64,000 nt of DNA from the human T2T-CHM13v2.0 reference genome, Homo sapiens (GCF_009914755.1 NC_060931.1); one strand, 5' to 3'. Shown: positions 30,756 to 45,901, numbered from the stretch's first letter. Notes: generated from the sequence alone by a model not told the origin. Made by a program: numbers and translations.

Positions 30756-31072
30756 CATCCAGGACACAATTTTCCTTTAGAGTTGGCCATAAAACTTTCA
30801 TTCCAGAGGTGCCCACCCTACACCTGGAGGATAGGAGCATTCTTATCTCTGAAGACCCGGGGACACAGAATGCACCTGAACAAGCAGGCCTTGCCAGGTT
30901 TCCCCCAGTTTATTACCATTAGATCATACCCTTGGTCTTCCGGCCACACTTCTGCATGACTGTCCATAAAAATGCACAGTTGTCTCTGTTTCTTTGGGTC
31001 TTCATTTCTGAAGGCTCCCATGTCACATAAAACATATTAAATAAATGTGTATGTTTTTCTCTTAAAAAAAAA
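30756..31072 (+). mobile_element. MER4-group ERV1 LTR fragment with poly(A) tail and TSD
   Basis: aggccttgccaggtttcccccagtttattaccattagatcataccc...gaaggctcccatgtcacataaaac...AATAAA at 31040, poly(A) from 31064. TSD aagaactgactttc / aagaattggctttc. Confidence 0.75.
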
Positions 31073-31687
31073 AAGAATTGGCTTTCAATGTATAAAATAG
31101 TGACTGTCTCTGTGTTTTATAATCAAAAGTGGGTGGCTTCTGGACCTCAAGCTGAATATTTTCATCTGACTCAATGGCTGAAAGATGTGACCAGGTAGAC
31201 CTGAGACTTTATGACCAGGTAGACTTGAAACTACTAGTTTGATTATTTTCCTATTGTAAGCAGCTGATGGAAAAGCTTCTAGAGTTATTCCAAGGAGTAG
31301 ACCTAGAAGGCATCCAAAGTAATGATGCATGAGCACTGGTGACTAAGAAGGAAAAATGACATGAAGCACCTAAATTCTGCCTGGAAGGAATATCATAACT
31401 CAATATACATTATTCTTCAAGCCTAGGCACTTCTGAAATTCTGTAGAATAATCTTTGAACTGCCTGTGCACTGGAAAAAAACTGGTCTGAAAAACTGCTT
31501 GGGATGTGATCTGAGATAATTTTTTTTTAACTGACAAAATGAGGTTGATTCCTTCCCTATCACTACCCAACTGATAAAAAGGAAACCCACAGTGAATTTT
31601 ACAGTTGAAAGATGTCTCTTATGCATCAAACCAAACTTAACAAAAGTTTTATAAAATTACCATATTCACTTATGTTTTCCACTTAAT

Positions 31688-31979
<292 letters not shown>

Positions 31980-32119
31980 TCCACTTGATATTGTTTTAAT
32001 GTAGTGGTAGAAAAGGTAGCAAGGCTTACATAAGAGTTCTTTTCTTGCTTTACTCTTGACAACCTTTCTTCATCTTTGAGAATCTCAATCCTACCTCCCA
32101 CCTCAAGCTAAAAACAGAG

Positions 32120-32528
32120 TTTAGTTGAAACTTTTTGCAGGGTAATTTGGTTTAGCTAGCACAATTTAAAAAATTTGCATGTCATTTGACCCTGTAATTT
32201 CACTTCTGGAATTTACTGTACAGAAATACCTGGACGAATGCTCCATAAAATAAGCACAAAGATTTTACTGCAACACTGTTTGCAGTAAATATTGTTTGTA
32301 TTTTTTGACCAAAAAACCCCTAAATGTCCATCAAGAAGAAATTAAATTATGAAATAAATGAACTGACAGTTATTAATCTGTTTAAAAATGAGTTAAATCT
32401 CTAGGTACTGACATATTATGATAAAATAAAGCGAATAAGCAATGTACAGAAGAGTATCGGGTAAGCCCATTTCTGTGAGAAAAATTTACATATGTACATG
32501 TGTACCTATGTATTTTAGCATTTATAAA

Positions 32529-32565
<37 letters not shown>

Positions 32566-32740
32566 ATTTGTAACAAGGAAGATCTGGAAGTATATCGAGG
32601 GGACTATCTTTGGGAGTTTTGGAGAAGTACAGGAAAGACAATGTTCACATTTTATACTTCTGTATTAACATTAGGTGTTTTTACAACCAGACTATGTTAT
32701 TTTACTTTTTCGTTTAAATTTTTTTAAAATTAAATAAAAC
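32120..32740 (+). mobile_element. L1ME 3' end
   Basis: tttgaccctgtaatttcacttctggaattt...taaatgtccatcaag; contains (CT)n at 32530-32566. Confidence 0.7.
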
Positions 32741-33166
32741 TAACAGGCATGGAAATCTCCTACTTTGATCCTTCGTACAGCAATTTTTGTTTCTTAAAGT
32801 GTCACGTGGAGTGAAAGATCACAGAGACAATGAGGCTCCCCAGGTGCAAGCATTTTTTAAAGTAAGGACATATTGAGGATGATCCACTAGTGTCGATAAA
32901 CACTTTATACTTGCAAGTTTGAGCTCAAGCACCATTAATTCAGGAGAAGAAGGCCAGGCAGCTGCATCAATATCAGCTTGGCTGGTTTTACATGCAAGGG
33001 CCCCAACATCTATAGCCCCTACACAACCAGAAAAGAAGACAATGTGGGACACAGAAGAATGAGACTTCAATGAGAAGGGCACTGACTTATTTTCTCCCCT
33101 CTTCCCAATAAATGGCAAGTTGTCTCTGTTTCTTCTTTAATTTATCCTTTTATTTGATGACTTAGA

Positions 33167-33487
33167 CCTGCATTGTCCAATCAGTACATGTGGCTACTGA
33201 GCACTTGAAATGTGCTGAAAAAAGTCTGAACTGAGATGTGCTGTAAGTGTAAAATACACATTGGAGTTTGAACAGTTAGTAAAAAGAAAGAATGTAAAAA
33301 TATCTCATTCATCCATATATTTATATTCATTACATGTTGAAATGATAACATTTTGGATGTACTGTGGTAAAAAAAATATATTATTAAAAGTAATTCGACT
33401 TGTTTCTTTCTACCTCTTAAAATGCAGCTACTAGAAAATTCAAAAATACATTTGTGGCTCTCATTACATTTCTCCCAGACAGAGCTG
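33167..33487. mobile_element. MER33-like hAT-Charlie element
   Basis: ctgcattgtccaat...gctgtaagtgtaaaatacac...gctactagaaaatt...gacagagctg. Confidence 0.8.
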
Positions 33488-33566
33488 GTTTATACTTTTA
33501 TAGATATTCCACATGGCAATGCAAATGTTCAGAAAAAGGAATAGCAGGGTAGAGAAGTAGGCATGA

Positions 33567-33608
33567 CACACACACACACACACACACACACACCACACAC
33601 ACACACAC
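33567..33608. repeat. (CA)n microsatellite, read as (UG)n in CDK6 pre-mRNA
   Basis: About 20 units with one interruption. Confidence 0.97.
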
Positions 33609-35149
33609 TTTTGAATTCATAATAAGGAAGAAGTGGAAGTATATCCAGGGGGATATCTTTGGGAGTTTGGAGGGGAGTACAGGAAAGACAATACTCACAT
33701 TTTATACTTCCATATTAACATTAGTCATATTAGACATAGTAAGAGTTTCAGAAATGACCAAGATATGGCTTTCTCAAAGAATATCAGAGTTGGAGTGAAT
33801 CTTGGACATCATCCATTCCAGTGTTTTAGGGTCTTTTTAAATCTCAGAAGCCCAATATAGAAAAAAGATGAAAGCAAGATACTCTGATTAAAGCTGAGTG
33901 TGGGAACAAGAAGGGCCGAGAAATCTCTGGACTATGCATAGGAAGGGAATCTAAGAACTCTGAAGCACAGTTTGAATTCCATGGATGTGGTATTTCAGCC
34001 TCTCCATTTTATAGGTAAAGACGCTAAGTTCCAGAGGTTGATGGTTTGCCTTCAGTGGCAAAGCTGGTAGGGGTAGGGCTGGAACCCATTCTTAGATGTC
34101 TGGTTCCTAAGAAACAACACCGTGCTCTGCATGACATCATTGCTGCACCTATGGTGGACAACTTGTGTGCATGGAAAGATAGTGGCTCAGGAAAGTGCTC
34201 TGACATAGGTACAGACACAATGCTATGGGGCTACTGTAAGCACAGTACAGTGCTTCAGGCCTCTTCGTTAAAGAAGCAGCTTCTAGATTTACCTTTGAAA
34301 GATGACAGAGGCAGCTGGGCACCCAGGACAAGAGAAGAGCAAGGGTTCTAAGGAGAAAAACTTTGAGGCATGTTTTGGGGCCAAAAGGTAGGTCTCTTTC
34401 ACTAATAGTGACATCTTGGAGAATAATATATGCAATGGCCAGAATAGAGTTGGAGCCTTCTTTCAAAAGGTCTTGAGAGCCAAGGATCCTACACCAGTCT
34501 TAGCAAGATTTTGAAAAACAGTGATAATAAGAATATTAATTTATCATAAATACATGAATGGGCAGGAAACAGGGAGACAGATTGGCAGGTTACTGGGTGA
34601 CTGTTAAAGGCAGCCTCAATTAATGAGATGCAGGTCATGATGGAAATGGGCCAGATTGGAGGGGCCCCATGGAGACAGAATCCACAGGACTTGGATACAG
34701 AAGGATGAAGATGATTCCAGGGTGACTCTGAGGACCCAGCTGGGGGGCTGCGGGATGAGGGTTCCATTAACAGAAAAAGGGAAGGTAAGAGAAGCTGGTT
34801 AGATGGGTTCAGTGAAGAAAGGGTATCTGTGAGGTGGTTGGTGGAAGAGTCAGTCCATTAAGAAACTGCAGTTTGGCCCTGGAGCCCATCTGAGGGTCAT
34901 CTATATCTTATCTAGATAGAATTCTTTGTAAACACCTAGGTTTGGGAGAAGGGAGATGAAGAGCCAGCAAAGGGGATATGGGCAGAGGCACCCAGAAGTG
35001 TGCTTTTTACCAACAGTGAGGACAGGGAGGCTTTCACGGAGTGAGTGGCCACAAGATTCAAATGCTGCAGACATCAAATGAAATGAGAATGGAGAGGAGG
35101 CTCCTGGATGCAATGATGAGGAGGTCACCATCAACCTCTAATATAGCAG

Positions 35150-35855
35150 CTTAAGTGTCAGGAGGACTCTGAAGTCAAATAATCCTGGTTCAAAGCCTCT
35201 TCTTGGGCCTCAGTTTTCTTACCTGTCAAATAGGGATGACAACAGTGCCCCTTATAAAGTTATTCTGAGATTAAAATGAAATTGTGTATTTTAAAGCACC
35301 AAATATAGCTGACCCTCGAACAACATGGGGGTTAAAGGTGCTGACCCCCTGTGCAGTCAAAAGTCCATGTATAACTTTTGACTCCCCTAAGACTTAACTA
35401 CTAATGGCCGAGTATTGACTGGAAACCTTACCAATAGCAAACAGCTGATTAACACATATTTGGTATGTTGTATGTATTATACCCTGTATTCTTATAATAA
35501 AGTAAGCAGAGAAAGGAAATGTTATTAAGAAAATCATGAGAATGAGAAAATATATTTACTATTCATTAAGAGGAAGTGGATCATCATAAGGGTTTTCATC
35601 TTTCTCATCTTCACATTGAATAGGCTGAGGGTAAAGGGGAAGAAGAGGGGTGAGTCTTGTTGTCTCATGGGTGGCAGAGTTGGAAGAGCTGGAGGTGGTG
35701 GAAAGGGAGATAGGAGAGTCAGGCACACTTGCTGTAACTTTTACTGAAAATAATCTGTATATAAGTGGACCTGTGTAGTTCAAACCTATGTTGTTCAAGG
35801 GTCAACTGTACAGAGCGTGGCTCACAGTAAGTGTGCAATAAATGTTATCTATTAT
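35150..35855 (+). mobile_element. MIR split by Tigger2, within an L2-like region
   Basis: ggactctgaagtca...gcctcagttttcttacctgtcaaataggg...; resumes with tggctcacagtaagtgtgcaataaatgtta. Confidence 0.75.
35306..35808 (-). mobile_element. Tigger2-family (MER28/Tigger2a-like) DNA transposon
   Basis: TIRs tagctgaccctcgaacaaca / tgttgttcaagggtcaactg flanked by TA. Confidence 0.85.
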
Positions 35856-37380
35856 TTTTATGATGGGAAGGGATGAAGAAATGAGCAAGTGAAGAAGAAG
35901 TGGAGGCTACATGTAGAGACACTATTCTTTCAAGAAGTCTGGGCATGAAGGGAAGGAGAAAGACTAGGGGAATACAAAGGGGAATGAGAATCTTTTCCAG
36001 AATGGAGAGACAAGGGCATGATTTGACTCTTACGAGGCAAGTCAGAAAGGGATGATGGATGAAGTGAGAACCTAGAAGCAGGGTAGGAACAAGAGCAAGG
36101 GTTGAGGGAGATTTGCCTTGTAAGCAGGGAGAATGCATCCTTCTCAGAAACTGGAGGGAAGGAAGGAGAAGGTGAAGATAAAGAGAAATTTTTGAACTGA
36201 AAGAGAAAAGGAACTCACTTCGAGGGCTTCACTCATCTTAATTAACTGGAGATGGGGCTGAATGTTGGGTTGGGGGTGTGGAAGTAGGTTGGGGCTTAAG
36301 GATCGTGGGGATGGGAAGAGAAGTGAATCCTAGCATGGAAGTGGGTCTCAGACCAAAGGAGGGGAGCTGGAGGGGAGGAAACATGCCCACCAAAAGCCTA
36401 GATGCAAGTGTTAAACAAGCACGTGTGCTCTAGTTGCTCTTATTTCTGTCTCTAAGTAGAGCTTTCTTTTCAGTGGTGGAACATTTGGATGATGAAGTCC
36501 CTAATGTACAATGTCATGAGAAGGGAGAAGAAAACATTAATTCTCACGGGGGTCACTAAATGCTTGTGTATAGGCTGGGGGACAGGGAGAGTGCAAGCTG
36601 AGTGATGCAGCTGCTGAGTCAATCAAGACCCTCAAACTGCTCTGTCTCCACGTATTTGCAAAACACTTCTGTCAGTAACATTTACTCTTACTCTGTAGTG
36701 ACTCTTTGCTGGAAAATCATGGGTCCTGAAAATCTCCAGGTCATGCCATTAGGACTGGGGAGACAGGAGTGTAAGAGGATTGCAAAGAGAAGTTGGGAGG
36801 CTTTGGCGGAACTGTGCCCCCAAGAAGCAGATAGCTAAAAACACTGCAATTCCCTTCTTGAGGGGATAGAGCACCTACAGAAAAAGGCCGGGTTTTAGTT
36901 ACCTTGAAGAAGATTGTGAGTAAAAGTTTGGGGAAGAAAGGAACTTCTTCCTATGTGACAAGGATTCCAAGAGTCAGATTTGAAAGGAGTAACAGAAGTA
37001 GAGAGTCAGCGAGGGGAGGTATTGGGGGCTAAGAACAGGGATGGGAACATGGGAAGAAGTAATAAACCAGCAGTTGTTAGTAAGAGGGAAGCAATGGCTT
37101 GGGAAGTAAGAGGGAAGAAAGAATGGTAGAGTGGTATATGATATGTGATAGAATGGTTAGAAGAAGACTAAGCAGATAAAATCTGGTTTGTGGTAAAGAT
37201 CACAGAACAGGCAGACCTAGGATATGAGAATGGAGGTGCCCTGGAGTGGGAAGGTGGAGGACCAAGAGATGCCGCCACAGGGAAAGGCCAGGTCTGGTGG
37301 TGGCTTCTCAATATATGTCATGAAAACAAATATATTTTTCAAATTCATGTTAAAGTACACATCAAGAATTTAAAAAATCA

Positions 37381-37709
<329 letters not shown>

Positions 37710-37830
37710 TTAATTTGTTCTTACTTAGAACTACCTTGTTTGCATTACTCAACCAAAATTGGACCTTTTCCTGGGTACCATCTTGGATATTTCCTCACTC
37801 ATAAAAATGCTTTTTAAAGAGATCTTCCCA

Positions 37831-38251
<421 letters not shown>

Positions 38252-38563
38252 CTAACCTGAAATGATGGGTTTCTTCTCACAGGCTAGGGCGTGCCTTCTG
38301 GCACCCTGGTGTTCAGGTCAGCTTGTGAAGGACCTCATTTCCTGGATGTCACTAGGGAGGGTGCTCAACTATGGGGAGGCACCAACACAGTAACCAATGG
38401 GAAAATTGGCAAGGTAGTCAGTGACATTTTAAAGACATTTGCTCACTGACCACTGACCCACAAAGGACAGTTTCACTGTCAGTTTCTCAGCTACTGGTGT
38501 TTAATTCATAGAAATCAATGACGACAAGCCTAGAGAGGCCACCAGACAAGAGGCAATATATGA

Positions 38564-39042
<479 letters not shown>

Positions 39043-39217
39043 GCATGTTTTATTTTCTAAATGTGCATTTTATGTGACTTTGCTGTAACCTGGAAAACCC
39101 CATAACTTTCAAACTACAGACAGTTCTAACTAGGATTACAAGGCAACCAATAGATACCTGGGGAGTTAATACTGTGAATTTATTTTGCTGTATAGTTAAA
39201 AATCAATCTATCACAAC

Positions 39218-39266
39218 CATCCAATCATCCATCCATCCATCCATCCATCCATCCATCCATCCATCC
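39218..39266. repeat. (CATC)n tetranucleotide repeat
   Basis: Read directly. Confidence 0.95.
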
Positions 39267-41162
39267 AATCTCATCCTTTAAGCTGACTAGTTGGCCACTA
39301 ACCAAATTTATAACAATTTTTTTTTAGTATTAAAATACAATTCAATGTGGAGTAAGGATGGGTTACTCTGGATGAAGAATTAAAGGAGAAAGATAAAAAA
39401 ATGTAGCTCTTACCCATTTTGTAGAATACTTCTGTGGGCCAGTGTGGGCAGTTATTAAACCCAGATAACAGTGACAGATGATATTTAAACTCTCTGGCTC
39501 TTTGTCAACCATCTGCCCTATGACTCTCTTTACTGAGTTTATATTTCCTAGGTATTTCATTTTTGAACAAAAGACATGCACCTCTTAATAATATGACAGA
39601 GAATTGGCCAACCTTTCCAATACAGGACAGATTCTAAATCAAAGCTATTAAATACATGTGTGATTTGCTTCTTGACCACTCTAAAATATCATTGCTGCTA
39701 CATCACAGTAATACACAAATCATTACAGAAAAAAATATGGCCTAGTAGGTCAAACAACAGCAATGGCAGAAACCCAGCAGAGTAGAAAAATCAAAGGCGA
39801 TCGAGTCAGGCAGACATGGGGTCTTGGCTCTGTCATTTGATTGTTGTATGCCCATGGGCAAGTTATTCACCCTCCTTGTGGAAGGTCTAGTTCATTATCT
39901 GTAAGCTCTGGAAAGAAGTCTTCAGAATAGGGGTTTAAGCAGATAATGCACATGAAGGTGCCCCCAACCCCCAACTGCCAAGGCATGGGCCTGTCACATG
40001 ACAAATGGTAACTCCCTTTGCTTCTTTTCTTCTCCCTAGGTTATGGAGGATGGTGAGCCTCGCTGACACATAAATGACTATTCCTCAAAGATTTTAAATA
40101 AACAACTAGGATGCGACCTCTAAAGAAGGTTAATCCCAACTGCTGGCCTTCCACTGAGAAATCTTCCCTCTCCAAAAACAGACTTGTCATTATACCCACT
40201 CACAGTACTCTACACTTCTTCACAGCATTTATCCCACCTCTGGTTAATTAACTAATTGTGCAGGCAATGGATTTTTTCTCTACTAGGATTTAAGTCACCC
40301 CTCTAGAAGTGGGCCTGGCATACAACAGTCACTCCATAAGTTAATTGTGGACTGAATGGAACACTTGTTATAGGGTTTCCAACATGTGACATATTACTGT
40401 TGGTGACATGTGAGATGATTTAGGGGATAAACATGCATGAACTTTCTGAATAGTTTTAGTGGTTATATATTTATTCTAATGTGTATCAGACAAATAAATA
40501 ACCGGTCAAATCTCTGATTTTTATACACAGCCATGACCCTCATAATAACGTTTTGGTCAACAATGAATGAACCACATATGTGAGGGTGGTCCTAAAAGAT
40601 TATAATGAAGCTGAATGATTCCTATCTCCTAGCCATCTTAACGTTATTGTAGTGCAGTGCATTACTCACTTCACATGTCTGTGGTGATGCTGGTGTAAAC
40701 AAACCTATTGCGCTGCCAGTCATATTAAAGTATAGCACATATAATTATATACAGTACATAATATTTGCTAATACAAGACTCTGTTGCTGGTTTATGTATT
40801 TACTATATTATACTTTTATCATTATTTTAGAGTGTACTACTACTTATAAAAAGAAGTTAACTGTACAACAGTCTCAGCCAGGCCCTTCACGAGGTATCCT
40901 AGAAGAAGGCATTGTTATCACAGGGGATGACAGTTCCATGCATGTTATTGCCCCTGAAGCCCTCCTAGTGGGACAAGAAGTGGACAGGCAAGACAGTGAT
41001 ATTGACCATCCTGATTCTGTGTAGGTCTGGGCTAATCTGTGTGTTTCTTAGTTTTTAACAAAAAAGTTTAAAAAGTAAAAAAATAAAAAATTTAAAAATA
41101 AAAAAGCTTATAGAATGAGGATATAAAGAAAAGATTTTGTATAGATGTATAATGTTTTTGTG

Positions 41163-41451
41163 TTTATTTATTTATTTTTTTTAGACACAAGGTTATCTAG
41201 GCTAGGGTGTAGTGGCATGATCCTAGCTCACTGTCATCTTGAACTCCTGGGCTCCAGTGATCCTCCCACTTCAGCCTCCGGAGTAGCTAGTACTACAGAT
41301 GTGTGCTACCATGTTCAGCTAATTTTTTATTTTTTGCAGAGATGGGGGTCTCACTATGTTGCCCTGGTTGGTCTTGAACTTCTAAACTCAAGTGATCCTC
41401 CTGCCCTGGTTTCCCAAAGTGTTGGGTTACAGTGAGCCACTGCATCTGGCT
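41163..41451 (-). mobile_element. AluJ in Tigger3
   Basis: Diverged dimeric Alu. Confidence 0.88.
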
Positions 41452-41510
41452 TGCTTGTGTTTTAAGATGTGTCATTACAAAAGAATCAAAAAGTTAAAAA
41501 ATTTAAAAAG

Positions 41511-41809
41511 TTTTTTTTTTTTTTTGAGACAGGGCCTCCTTCTGTTGCCCAGGCTGGAGTGCAGTGGTGTGATCTTGGCTCACTGCAACCTCTGCCTCTC
41601 TTGGGCTCCAGTGATCCTCCCAACTCAGTCTTCCAAGTAACTGGAACTACAGGCACACACCACCATGTCTGGTTAATTTTTGTCTTTTTTGTAGAGACAG
41701 GGTTTCGCCATGTTACCCAGGCTGGTCTCGAACTCCAGAGCTCAAGCAATCCACCTGCTTCAGCCTCCCAAAGTGCTGGCATTACAGGCGTGAGCCACTG
41801 CACCCGGCC
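41511..41809 (-). mobile_element. Alu (J/S) in Tigger3
   Basis: TSD aaaaatttaaaaagttt. Confidence 0.92.
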
Positions 41810-43778
41810 AAAAAATTTAAAAAGTTTATGAAGTAAAAATGTTACAGTAAGCCAAGGTTGTTATTATTGAAGAAAGAAAAATATTTTTAGATAAATTTAG
41901 TGTAGCCTAAGTGTACAGTGTTTATAAAGTCTACAGCAGTGTACAGTAACATCCTAGGCCTTCAATTCACTCACCACTCACTCACTGACTCACCCAGAGC
42001 AACTTCCAGTCCTGCAAGCCTTATTCATGATAAGCATTCTATATAGGTAAATCATTTTTTATTTTTTATACCATATTTCTACTGTATCTTTTCTATGTTT
42101 AGATACACAAATACTTACCATTGTGTTACAATTGCCTATGGTAGTCAGTATGATAATATGTCATACAGATTGGCAGCCTAAGAGCAATAAGCTATACCAT
42201 ATAACCTAGGTGTGTAGTAGGCTACACCATCTAGATTTATGTAAGTACATTCGACAATGTTCGCAAAATGACAAAACTGTCTAACAATGCATTTCTCAGA
42301 ACATAACCCTGTCGTTAAGCAACACATGACTGTACTTTTGTTTAGGATGAGGCTAAATAAAAAAGTAAACTGACAGAGAGTAGTAAAAAAAACCTACGTA
42401 AATAATAGTACCAGTCTCATAAGAATATGGCAAAAACAATGAAGGTGATAAAGAAAGGACAAAATTTGGTAACTACTGCCTTAGCATCAAGTGGGTACCC
42501 AGAGTTTAGAAGTTCAAGACAACCAGGGCAGCACAGTGAGACCCCCATCTCTACAAAAAATAAAAGATGCTAGGATTCCCTGATTTAGGATTAGCCTAAA
42601 GCAATGAATGAGTCTGCTTTAAGAGCCTATGGCTTGTGAAGTCTCAACTGGGTCAATACTGAATCAGGAGTCAAGTCAGAACCAGGTCAAGCTGGTGATG
42701 GACCCCAGAACTCATCTGGCATAAGTAAGAAGCATGACACATGGATATCTGGGGGGTATCATAGGAAATACCAAGGACACAGGGTAGCCACCCTAGGAGG
42801 GATGGTATGATTGGCCTTGATTCACTCTCCTTTCAGCCTTAAAGGCATATGAACCTGGTTTCTGATACTGCTTCCTCCTTCAAGCAATTATTTCTCAAAT
42901 TACTATTTTTGTGCAAGGCTTCTGGAGAAAGGGTACTTTCTTATGTGCACATTTGAAGTGCCAAAGGATCTCTACCCAATGTCTCACTTTTCCAGCAAAC
43001 TGAAGCAGACTGCTGCCACTATCATCAAAGGAACCCTCCCCTGAGCCTCCAATATTTGAGTCCTACTTCTCAGTCCCAATGCTGAGATGGAGAGATAAGT
43101 ATTCCTCTAGTCTTGGATTGGAACATAGAATGAATTTTCCCACAGAAGAAAAAATTTTGATGAATTAGCACAATGGGTGTTTTGTATATGTTCCAGGTCG
43201 TAGAGGATTCTGCAAGCTAGGCTTGGAATCCAGTGACCACTTATCACTTCAGTGGAAAATGCTTTTAACATTTTAAAATAAAATTTGTTCCACAAATGGA
43301 GATTGCCTATACAGCAAATTCCTTAGTAGTGAATACTTAATTCTACATATATAAAATTTTATCTTTCTTTTAACATCTTAAAAAAATTGACTTTTAGCAT
43401 CAATCATGACTAGTATTCAAGTCTGTAATTGTTGAAGGACTCTGTCTTTACAGTTGAGACTATTCTAGACACATAAAGATAATTCCAATAAGCATTTCTG
43501 TAATCAACTCTTGGCTGTACCGAGTTATTCCTGCGATGAAGTAGAATGACTGTCTTAACTCCTACTCTGCTCTATTGACAGTAAATTATTCTTGGTTCTA
43601 ACCATAAGCCTTTAACCCAATGTCTTCTACACTTGTTGGATGAAAAGAATCGCTGAAGGTACTTTTAAAAATAAGAATTCCTGGCCCCAGCCCAGTAATG
43701 AATCAGAATCTCAAGGGAGAGGCCTGGGAGCCAGACTTTTAAAGACTGCCCATCCCTGGTCATACTGTCATCCAACCC

Positions 43779-43961
43779 AGGGGTTCTTATCCTGGAGGCT
43801 GTATTAGGATCGGAGGACTTGTTGAAACACAGGTTGCTGGCTCCCAGCCCAAGAACTTCTGAACCAATAGGTCTGGGGTGGGGCCTGAGAATTTGCATTT
43901 CCAGCAAGGTGCCTGGTGATGCTGAGGTTCCTGGTTCAGGGACCATACTTTCAAAATCACT
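43779..43961. mobile_element. MER5A (with an adjacent MER5-like fragment at 43665-43775)
   Basis: ggtctggggtggggcctgagaatttgcatttc...gggaccatacttt. Confidence 0.85.
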
Positions 43962-44619
43962 AATTTAGCCTGTTTGGCAAACACTGCAGCTGATTTCAGT
44001 ATTACTTTTTCTCCCCGCTCCTTGGGAAAAAAGCAACACCAGAATAGAACTTGCAAGCTTCCTTTGGACTCATACCCCTGCTACTTCTTAGCTGCCTAAT
44101 GTTAGACAAATAAATGTACCACTCCATCTCAGTTTGTTCTTATTGGTAGGACTAAGAAAGGTAGCATAAAAGAAGAGGTTTGACACTATACTTGGCACAT
44201 GGTATGGCTGCATTAAACATCTGTTTACTCTGATCTCCTTGTGATGATCTCCTATCCTATGAGCCACAGATGAATTTGCTGAGTACTAGCAACAGTTCCA
44301 AAAATTTGTTACATGCACAAAACTTTGTTTGGTTAAAACCAACCAAACAACAAGCAAGCAATGGCTGACCACTTCTTTTCCTTGTGAGCTACCATGGAGC
44401 TACATTTTAAAGATACAATGGGAATATACTGTTTCCTAACTTACCTTTTCCCATGGAAATAAAAATAGAAAAGAAAAAAAAGATTAGATTATGATTAGGT
44501 TCTCTGTTTAATTTAGACTAGGCTGAACTTAGTACCCAGATACGGATTATTTTCCTGGCAGATCTTTATTATATTATTTGGCTATTTCTTGTGACCTGAA
44601 AATCAAACAAACGAATCAC

Positions 44620-45000
44620 ATGCTCTCTTAGAGGGAACTTAGAGGGCATCTAGCCTACGCACCAACCCTATAAATGCTACTGAAACATCACCAATGTGTG
44701 GAGGTCCAGCCTCTTCTTAGACACACAATGAAAACTCACTATTCTCACAAACCCCAATCCACTCTTCAGATAACTGTCTAATCATTAGATTTCTACCCCT
44801 TTTAACAAAAATCTTTCTTTTTGTAATTTCTGTATCCTTGGTCTTGTTTCTGTCCTCTATAGTACCTGAATATATCTAATCTCTCCTGTACACGGCAGCA
44901 TTTAAAGTGCTCTGAAGTAGCACTGACATCCCCACTGCCTATTCTTTTTCAGCCTAAATATTGTTTTTTTCAACTATTCTCACTATCAAAATTCCATCAA
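44620..45000 (-). mobile_element. L3/CR1 fragment
   Basis: agggaacttagagggcatctagcc...ccagcctcttcttagacac...ggtcttgtttctgtcctct. Confidence 0.55.
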
Positions 45001-45382
45001 AAAAGTTTTCATACACTTAACAGCCTTGGTTCTCCTCCTATGGATAAAGTCCACTTTGAGATATTTCTTCACTAAAAAAATGCGAAAATATGTGTTATTT
45101 TCACCATGTCCTATCATCACCAGTAAAACAATGTAACTTATAAGAACAGTGGGGTATTCCTTCCCAGGCAGAGTTTCCAGAAGCTGCAAGCTACAGTCAT
45201 ATAAAACAACACTGTAAGCACTGAGAAGGCGGTTTCAGGACAGGCTTGCAAGTGGTAGCCTGGGGTAGATGGATCTGGCCATCATGACCCCTAATGATAG
45301 AAATGCCATGCTGCCACTCAAATTCACAAAGATCCACAGTCTCTTTTCAAGGAAAGCAGAGTGAAACAAAATGTATTTCTTA

Positions 45383-45541
<159 letters not shown>

Positions 45542-45901
45542 TTAGACTCCTGACTAAACCTGGTGGTTTAATGACAAGATGTAGTTCAGAAAGAACTCCT
45601 ATAAATCATATAAGGACACTGCGCTAGAAGCAATAGGTAAATAGGACTCATCACTGACAGGCCAGGAAATTACATCATCCCCACAAACTGGGTTCCCACC
45701 TCCAACTCTATGTCTAACTAGGATGGCATAATAACATGAGTTTCAGAAAGCAAAGACCAAAAAAATTTTTTTTAAACTTAGAAACCGTTTTTTTTCTCCC
45801 CCCCTTTAAGGGCCTTTAAAAAATAATACATGGAAAACAGGTGATGGCAACAATTACAGCTCAATCCCCAGGCCAGCATTATTGGCAGATTAGAAGATGA
45901 T

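Larger units (their letters stand above)
40528..42332 (+). mobile_element. Tigger3b (MER7B)-like element carrying two nested Alus
   Basis: Ends cagccatgaccctcataataacgttttggtcaac / gtcgttaagcaacacatgactg|TA. Confidence 0.85.

Noticed and set aside
31188-31232. 24-bp tandem pair (and a ~30-bp pair at 47503-47556)
   Set aside because: Two-copy slippage duplications, not arrays; not CRISPR-like.
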